A program made the position numbers and the translations under genes. Below are positions 36,201 to 64,000 of a stretch of 64,000 bases of DNA, one piece after another. This stretch comes from Raillietiella orientalis (Eukaryota), in NCBI GenBank assembly GCA_036172245.1, contig JAYWIR010000003.1, positions 3,286,001-3,350,000 of the forward strand, given 5' to 3'. The notes below the pieces were generated by a model. It saw only the letters and a program-made list of their open reading frames with translations. It had not been told where the DNA came from and searched no databases. Position 1 is the first letter of the stretch. Each line of letters begins with the position of its first letter.

Positions 36201-38050
36201 AAGCCGAACGGGCGGGTCGCGTCCAATTAGAAGGAGTACCGGCTGGAACGGAGCCTGCGGAGGCGCTCTGGAACTTCCCGCTCTGCCCCGGAGCAGCTGC
36301 TGCCGAGCCGCGGTGGAGGCTGTGCCCGCGTGATTGATGTCCGCCGGGGGGTGGGGGGTGGGGGTGAACCGAACTCCCTGGGGTCCGCGCGCCGTGTGAA
36401 CGCGTGCGCACACCCGGGTGTGAGGTGCGAAAGGAAAAGAGAGAGAGAGAGAAAAGGAGAAATTCTTGCATCGCTGGCTCGGCCCTGGCCCGGCAAACTC
36501 CACAGCCCTCCGCCCCCCGTTTTGTTTTCCCCTTTTTGTCGGAGGGGCTCGACGACGAACGTGGTCCGTACGTGGGGAGCTCGCGATGGCTCTTTTCCCG
36601 CGGTCATGCGCGCGAGGTCCGCGGGTGAAGCGAAAGGTGCGCTCCTAGTCTCCTCCACTTTCCTCATCCCGGCTGCCGGTCAGCGGGGGTAGCCCGGAAG
36701 CGGACGCGAGCGCTTCCTACCCATGCGCACCCGAAGCCCGCCCGCAGCCGTCCCAGCGTCATCTCGCGGGCAGAACTCGGAACCTCCGGACGAGCGCTTC
36801 CAACACGGAGGCGGCGATATCGTTAACGGGGGTGAGTCGAACCCCCTTGGGTGTCGCGTGCGGGCACGCCGCGACCACGCTGCCACCCTCCCTCGCCCCC
36901 TTCCCTTTCTTTCTTTCTCTCTCTCGTTTTTTTTTCGAGCACCGCGTGCACAGATGGGCGGGATCGGGACAGGGCACAAAGAGCGGCTCTCTACCCCGCG
37001 CAGCATCCTCTGGAGCGAGGATGGAGCTCTCCGCGACCAGGAGCAGAGAGAAGGGGTCAACCGCGGGACGGCATCGTACGCAATGTGGCGGCGGCGACGA
37101 CCATATCCACGGTGGTGATGGAAGAGCCGTGGCCCGTTCCTTGGAAAAGACACTGGCTGCTCGATTGTTCCCTGATACCAAACGTGGGGCCGTTCGGAAT
37201 CCCGCAAGACGCTGCGCTGCGGGCGCAGAGATCCTCTCAGCGAACGCACAGCGTGCGCGTGCTCTCGTCCTCCCTCCCTCGGGGCCGGGCGCGTCCCTCG
37301 AACCGCCGCGACTTCCGGACGGGCATCCGGCCTAGCGCGGATGCCCGTCGAGTGAAGATTGGTGAAGCGCCCGTCTTCGTAGGTGAGTGGGAACGGGGGC
37401 TCCAGGACCAGGAGCACACCTCTGCGCGTACGCTCCCGGAGCGACGTTCTCGCCGCCTGAAATGGTTTACCCGCCATAGCTTCCCGTGTCCGTCTGCAGG
37501 TGTCGGCCGTTACTCTAGCGTCTTGCGCGGGGAGGAGGGGGGCACGGTCCACGTTTTCCTTTCAACGCGGGCTCTTTGCGTGGGGGTGGAGGTTCGGGTG
37601 TCCCCTCCCCCTTCCGCTTCCTTGCGAGTCACTGTCGTCGTCCCCATCCCTCCCCTTCTCCACTGCGTCGGCGACGAAGGGTCTGTGGCTACCGTGGAGC
37701 TCCGCCGCCAGCTCGCGCTGCTCTCGTAGGCGGTCCGCGACGGCGGAAGCTCGGTGACCGCTCCGGCGGGCGGCGCGCAGGCTGAGCTCACGCTCCCGCT
37801 GTTCCCGCCGGCCGCCGTCGAGCTGGCTGCGCGGAAGGTCCTCGGGGTGGCAGCTCGCACGCCCTCTCTCGGGGCGAAGGGCGGACTCCGTTGCACGCCC
37901 GGGGGAAACCGGAAACCGAATGGCCCCGCCGTCGTGCGCAGCTCACGGGCGGTCAGGTGGTGATGCGAATCGCAGCGCCGACGGGCAGGAATTTCCGACA
38001 TCCGAGAGGAAAGAAGTCGTCACCGTCGCCGTCGTCGTCGGGTCGCGCGA
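33250..38050 (-). mobile_element. Possible decayed 5' half of a LINE (ORF1-like region plus endonuclease)
   Basis: VGCHNVRS...WETK (~34590-34500) and GSDHEA (~34115) resemble the APE start and end motifs. ORF 36680-37552 lies upstream in the ORF1 position. No database support. Confidence 0.4.
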
Positions 38051-38149
38051 GCAGCACGCAGCGAGTGGGCGAGGGAGGTCGCCCTTCCGCACTCGCTGGA
38101 CCTGACACGACCTCCCGCGCCCTCTCTCTCGCGCGCTCCAGTGGAGGGG

Positions 38150-41100
38150 CTTCCCAGAGAGGCGCCTCCGGAGCTTGGTGGAGCGCCGATGCCGGCACGC
38201 ATGTGCTACGCGTCACCCCCGCGCGCGAATGCTCCACGCGTGACGGTCAAGGGCTGGTCGCTGCTACCGATCGGTCCGGCGGTGGGTATGCGGCACTATG
38301 GCGTGGGGCAGAGGGAAGGGCGACGCCCCGGTTGTCGCGATGTCGAGGGACGGGAGTGTCGGAAAGACCTCGAGGATATGAGTGAACTGGCCTCCCGAGC
38401 CTCGAGGTCATCGTCGCCGCCCTGAGCGGCAACCTGGGCAGAAGGCACCCCCACCCCCGAGGGCTCTTCCGCGCCTGGGAGTGGACGGGGAGGACCACCT
38501 GTCGCAGCGTTCTCCTTGCTTGGGACGGCCCGGATACCGACGTCGAGGCGGTCTCCCATGGCACCAGATCGGCTCGAGAGCACGCGCGTTGCGGGGACCG
38601 CTGCGCTGACTCGCATCTGAACCTTCGGGGAAGCACCAAAGCTTCCAGGAAAGGCTCCAGGATGAAGGTCCCCCCCCCCCTCCCCGCCTTTCTTTTGTTT
38701 GCTCTCTCGCTCTCTTCCCCCTCCCTCCTTCTGCTGCTACAGCCGCTCTTCCTCCGCTAATTAACGGCGGCAAAGGAAAGCTCCGACCGACTAGCAGACC
38801 GGCTGACTTCAATTTCGCGAACGCGTTTGCGTGTCTCGCGCGCGTGAGTTCCGCGCGAGCGAATTAGCGTGGATAAATGACTTCGCGTACGGCCGAAATC
38901 CTATATGGGCGCGAGGAGGGGGCGCCGCAGTCGAAGGAGCACTGCTGCCGCCCGCCCGCGCGTGCCCACCCGCCGCTCACAGCCGGGCAAGGGAAGCACC
39001 AGGAAAGCGCGCACGCGCGAAGGTAAGAGGAAGGAGCCAGCCACCCCTCCTCCCCCGTTCTCCTTCCGTGTTTTCTGCCCGCTTTCTGTCGCCTCCCGGA
39101 AGCTCCTTTCCTTGCGGGTCCATCGCGTGGTTTCCCAGCAGGAAGATGTCGACCATGGGGGACGAGGAGAACGCGGCCCGGGATGGACTCTGGCGTCCTC
39201 GTCAGCCCCTGAGGGCTCCTTAGCCGCGCCGAGGGCGAAGGGAGATCATAGAGAGGGAGTGTCGAGGGGACTGGAACAAGCTGCGGAGACCGGACAAGGG
39301 ACAAAGTCAGCTCTTCGTACCTGCTCCAGGACTCCTCCCCTCCCGCAACGTGGAACCTCGACGTAGGATGGCGCGATGGGTCCGCACGGCCAGGCTCTGA
39401 CGTCTGCTCTCCCTCGCCCACGGCTCCTTCATGGAGAGGAAGGGGAAGGGGAAGAAAAGGGAAAAAAGCAGCTGCGACGAGGGATGCTGGGCGGACGGAA
39501 TCTACGCTGCCGCTGCCCGGGAAACAACTCACCAGCGAAAGGAGCACTTCCCGGGGAAAGGAGCGGTAGCGGAGGAGGAGGAAGAGGGACGCTCTGTGAG
39601 ACCTCTGCCCTGTCATCGTCGCCCACGAGTCGGCCTTCTAGCAGCCGACCGTCCAGCTGTCCATGTTGCTCCGTGCGCCTACCCTCTAAGGCTGCTCCTG
39701 AACCCGTGCGCGCATTCTGGCGTACCGCTCTGACCCTCCGTTCCTTCCCGTCGGATGCGCGGAGGCCGGCTGTCGCGATGGACGCTTCCAGTCGGATGGA
39801 AGTCGTACTTGGCAACAGAGGGATGCCTCTTCTTCCCATGGCCTCCACCATCACGCAGCCAGCCTCTTTTCCCCTCCCGCCCTCCCTCACCCTTCGGGAG
39901 GAAGAACCCTGGGGAAGGAGCTACCCCAAGCGGCACCTCGGAGGAAGCGGAGAAGAGAACGGGGGGGTATCTCAGAGAAGACTCAGAGTATTCCCTTCTG
40001 CACTGTTCTCTTCCTGCCCAGACTCTTCCAGAAGTCCTTGTCGAGGATCCCTCAAGCTGCCTCCTTCCGACCTGTGGGGAGCTTTCCTCCTCCAAAGGGG
40101 GTCAGGAGCTCTCGGAGCTCGGGGGGCGGGGGAATGGGGCAAGAGAGAGGGAGGAGGAGGAGAACAGCCTTTGCATCCTCTCTTTCTCTCCCGAACCCCT
40201 GCCTCCAATGAGTTTGCCTCCCGGACCCGTCTCTCTCCCTCCGCTCCCTCAGACTAAGCTCCCGGCCGTCCTCTCACGAAGCCAGTGAGAGATCCTCAGT
40301 CCGCAGGCAAGTCATTGCCTGCCTGGAGGTACTGACGACGCCGCCTGCTGACAGCCTCGTGCGGCTGCATGCCCTCTACAGCCTCCGGGCCCGATTGCGT
40401 AAGGGGCGGAGAGTGAAGGCGTCCTGAGACTCCTCTCACCCTTTCCGCTACGTCCATGGCGCGTGGATGCCCTTCTGAGTCCTCTGCCGCCGTTGTCCGC
40501 ACCGCGTCCTGGCGAGGTCGCCCGATCGGCCACAAAGGATGGGGATGAGAGGTTCCCCTTGTCTTCCTGGCTGCTCCTGCAGAGACCTGGGGGATCTCGA
40601 GGGGCCCACCCTGCTCCCTTCCTCCTTGTGCCCGAGGCTGCAACTGCCTGATGCCTCAATGAAGCGCACAGGGTGACCAAGGAGGGCGGAGGAGACACGG
40701 GTAGCTCATCCATTCCTGTCATACCCTGCCCGGCTTTCAGGGAAGAGCAGGGCACTGGAGAAATGTGCTCGACGATAGTGGCAGCTAGCGCGCCCCAGAC
40801 GTGGGAAGGAAAGGAGGGAATCGAACCGCTTCGCTTCCCTGCTGCCCGGAGGGTACGGAGGGCGTGCAGCCACACGAGGGTGTCTGCAGGCGGCGGCGTC
40901 ATCACCTCCAGGCAGGAGATGACCCGCCTGAGAACTGAGGGCCTCTTGCTGGCTCCGTGTGAGGACGGCCCACTGCAGGGTCGCCGGAAGGAGGTGGTGG
41001 TGCTCCGGCTAACCCTTCCCCTCCACGCGTCGTCGCTGGTGCCTTCCTCCCTTCTCCCCCATCTGCCTTCTGCTCCCTTGGGCAGGGCTCTCTCCTCCTT

Positions 41101-41400
41101 GGCAGCCCCTCTGGAGACACCGAACCTCCGGGTGGACCTCCTCATAAAAATGCAACGCGCTCACCTTCCCGTGGTGGGGCTACGAAGATGCCGAGGATGC
41201 GAAAACGGCAGAGGTCATTGTCTTCGCTGGTCCGAGGAGGTCGGCGGCGCCACCTGCGCCTATGAGGCTCAGGTGGCGCCGCCGATGATTGACTCCCCGC
41301 TATACCTATGGTCCTTGGAGAGCGCCGTCCAGCCTGCGGCGCCACTCCTCCCTTTCCTCTTTTTCTCATGGTGACGCGTCGCTCTTGCATCCTTCACCGT
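38150..41400 (-). mobile_element. Old, near-complete decayed LINE ORF2 just upstream of the Pax gene
   Basis: Colinear remnants: FRILGIFVAPPREGERVAFL (APE VYAP region), DDAWR, KYDFHPTGSVHR (RT3-like), TRGRR*QG (RT4-like), SWSRYEELTLSLVRS..STLPLY (post-RT). Confidence 0.55.
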
Positions 41401-41802
41401 GACCGGCGTCGCGCGACGTCAGACATGGAGGCTTCCGACAGTTTCTCTCTCCCCTCCCCCTTTCTCATCCCTCTCCTTCCCAGCCTCTCCGTCTAGGCAT
41501 CCCTGCTTGCGTCAGCTGCGACCCACGCAGATTCAGTCGCCTCTTCCTCCTTCTCCTCCTCCTCAACGACGAGATCAGCGAGCGGCAAACTCATGGAACG
41601 CTCCACTCGTCCTGATTTCAGGCTCCTTCTTCCCCAGTTTTGGTTTTGGGAGCAGGGGGAGGGGGCGTCACAGGGAATCACCCAGATTCGCAGGACCTTG
41701 GCGGACGACCAAAAGATCCCTGGGCGACGGCAGGGAGCTGCGCAGCAACAGCGGATCTCCGGAAGGCCTGCGCAGCTAAGAAACCGCCCCGAAAGAGCAA
41801 GC

Positions 41803-41936
41803 GATTGGTTGCCTCGCGAGGGAGCGCCGGCCCTGCCATAGGAGGACTCTCGTGGCGGCGCCTCGCGCCAGCCTCCTCCCATTGGTCGGAGCGCGGGAGC
41901 CTGCGGACGCGCCCCCTCGGGATCACCCGGATATAT
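41803..41936 (+). promoter_or_regulatory. Putative Pax3/7 proximal promoter
   Basis: Two reverse CCAAT boxes (ATTGG at ~41804 and 41881) and ATATAT at 41931, ~95 nt upstream of the ATG. Confidence 0.4.
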
Positions 41937-42028
41937 GTGCGCTGCAGGTCGGGCGTCGGGAACCACTGCGACCTGGGGAAGAGGCACTACCGCGACAAGG
42001 GGAGGAGGAGGAGGAGAGGAATCCGAAG

Positions 42029-62373
<20,345 letters not shown>

Positions 62374-62589
62374 CTCCCGCGGCACGGAGTGTTCCCAGTT
62401 CGTCGCCTGAGATCTATTTATTTTCCCGGAAGGAGGAAAGAATACAAGCAAGGAGAAGCAGTCCGATGCCCTTGCAGGAGGGGGAGGGGTAGAGGCACAG
62501 ACAAGGAGGAAAGAGGAAAAAACAACCTGGAACTTCCTGGTCCGCTTCCGTCCCTATTCCACCCTTCTGCGAGGATTAGAAAGGAGCGC

Positions 62590-63300
62590 TGATGGCGGCA
62601 CCACCCTCTGACCTGGCGGGTCGCTCGTAGAAAGAGAGGGCGAGCCCCTCTCCTGCCCTAAGGACGCCGTCAGCTCTCCTGATCCGCTTCATGTGCTTCC
62701 TGTGGGTGGTGAGCGCTTTGGCGATCCCTGCGGCCACTCTCGTTAGGTGGCCACCAGGCAGCGGCGGCAGCAACAGTGGACTTCCGCGTGCTCCCCCGAC
62801 AGATCTCTTTTGGTGGCGATCACGCCGCACACGGGGGTCCTCGTTCAGCAGCTTCCCAGTACCCCTCAAGCTGGTCGTCTCGGAGGAAACAGACCTATCT
62901 CCGAGCCAAATCTACCTCCACGGTGTCTCGCTGACGTTCACACAGCTTTCCGCGCCCTCCTCCCACGCCACTGTCGCCCCTTTCCGCAACGACACCGCCG
63001 CCATGGTCCCAATCGCTATTCTCCCGTGAGTCTTCTAAGAGATTGGGGAAGCGCTGTTGCCGATGGGCTCCCAAGCACATGGATCCTTGTCCCCACTTCG
63101 AAAAGAGGAGGGAGGGGAAGGAAGCAAGACTGCACCGAAGGGGTCAGAAAAGCAGCCGAAAGCAGCTGGACGACCACGCGTTTCGTGCCTGTCTCACACG
63201 GCCCCCTGGAAAAACAGAACCTCGTGCGGAGGCTGTGCGGGCAGCCGGTCCCACAAGGGCAGCGCGGACTGGGGAAGGAAAGGGCGGATGAATGGGAGAA
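62590..63300 (+). mobile_element. Decayed LINE ORF2 post-RT fragment
   Basis: LAGR...LLIRFMCFLW..IPAATL..GG..LP resembles the L1/Tx1 post-RT region (LSLxGR..FLW..GGLxLP). Confidence 0.4.
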
Positions 63301-64000
63301 CCTATGGCTCTCTCAGTTATGGCGACGGGGGGATGTACTCGTTGAAGGGCCGCAAGCAAGCTCACGGACGGAGGGAGTCCCTCTCTCTTGTGAATGGGGG
63401 GGGGGGTAAAGGTTCGCTCAAAGTGCCACCAGACGGCGAGTCCCGATCGCCCCCGTCCCCCACTCCAATTCTTCCGGAGGGTGGTAGTGGTGCGCAGCAG
63501 AGTACACTCGTATGGGACGGCGGCGCCTGCTGAAGGGCCGGGACATCCCAACGGGCTTCCGTGTTGAGTCCCGCGCGAACATGGGCGCCGTCCCAACCCC
63601 GGTCCATTCGGCTCAGGCTCACTTTTGATATGGGCGGTCACCTACGCGTCCCTGCATTTCTGGCCCAAACTCGGGATTGGACCCTCACCCCCCTTTCATC
63701 CCCGCCGCCTTGCCCACTGGTCGTAAGCCGCGAAGCGGAATCCGGTGGCGGACCCGATGAGCTTCCAGTCCGGTGAGAGATTCCTCAACCGGACGGGGGC
63801 CTCGGTCCAGAAGGGAAGCTTTGGGATCTCTCGGTGCCGGGCGGGTGGCAGGGCGATCCCGTGGGGCCCAGTTCCAGGGGAAGGGGACCTTAGCCGGAGG
63901 GCAAAAACGTCCTCAGGTGCGTGTGCGATCCCGGCCTGCTCCCGTCGCTTCCTCGCCACTGTCTCGCTGCCGCCGCCAATGCGCGTTTATCGGCGGTCGG

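Noticed and set aside
34182..36230. 682-aa + strand ORF
   Set aside because: Low-complexity P/S/R/G translation typical of GC-rich DNA, no domain, and partly antisense to LINE endonuclease-like remnants.

Overview
This is eukaryotic, intron-containing, GC-rich genomic DNA, most likely from an arthropod. The inference rests on the gsb/prd-style Pax3/7 N-terminus and a short TTAGG run. Two host genes are recognisable, both on the + strand. The first is the 3' three coding exons of an MMACHC/cblC cobalamin-processing gene (1116-2835). The second is an apparently complete 7-exon Pax3/7 (paired/gooseberry-type) gene (42029-62373; paired domain plus Ser50 homeodomain, no octapeptide seen). The ~38 kb between them is a dense nest of about 20 decayed L1/Tx1-like LINE fragments in both orientations. 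The nest also holds a 660-bp TTAA-flanked piggyBac-type element, an AT-rich insert, a recent 166-bp duplication and a ~750-bp degenerate 28S rRNA fragment inside a LINE 3' UTR. The two most interesting signals are: (1) a LINE-28S-LINE chimera whose rRNA part stops at the start of D7, near the protostome hidden break; (2) a multi-hairpin 3' RNA module, conserved in structure more than in sequence, shared by at least 12 LINE ends. Repeat boundaries were placed by eye and are approximate. Most long ORFs in the supplied track look spurious.
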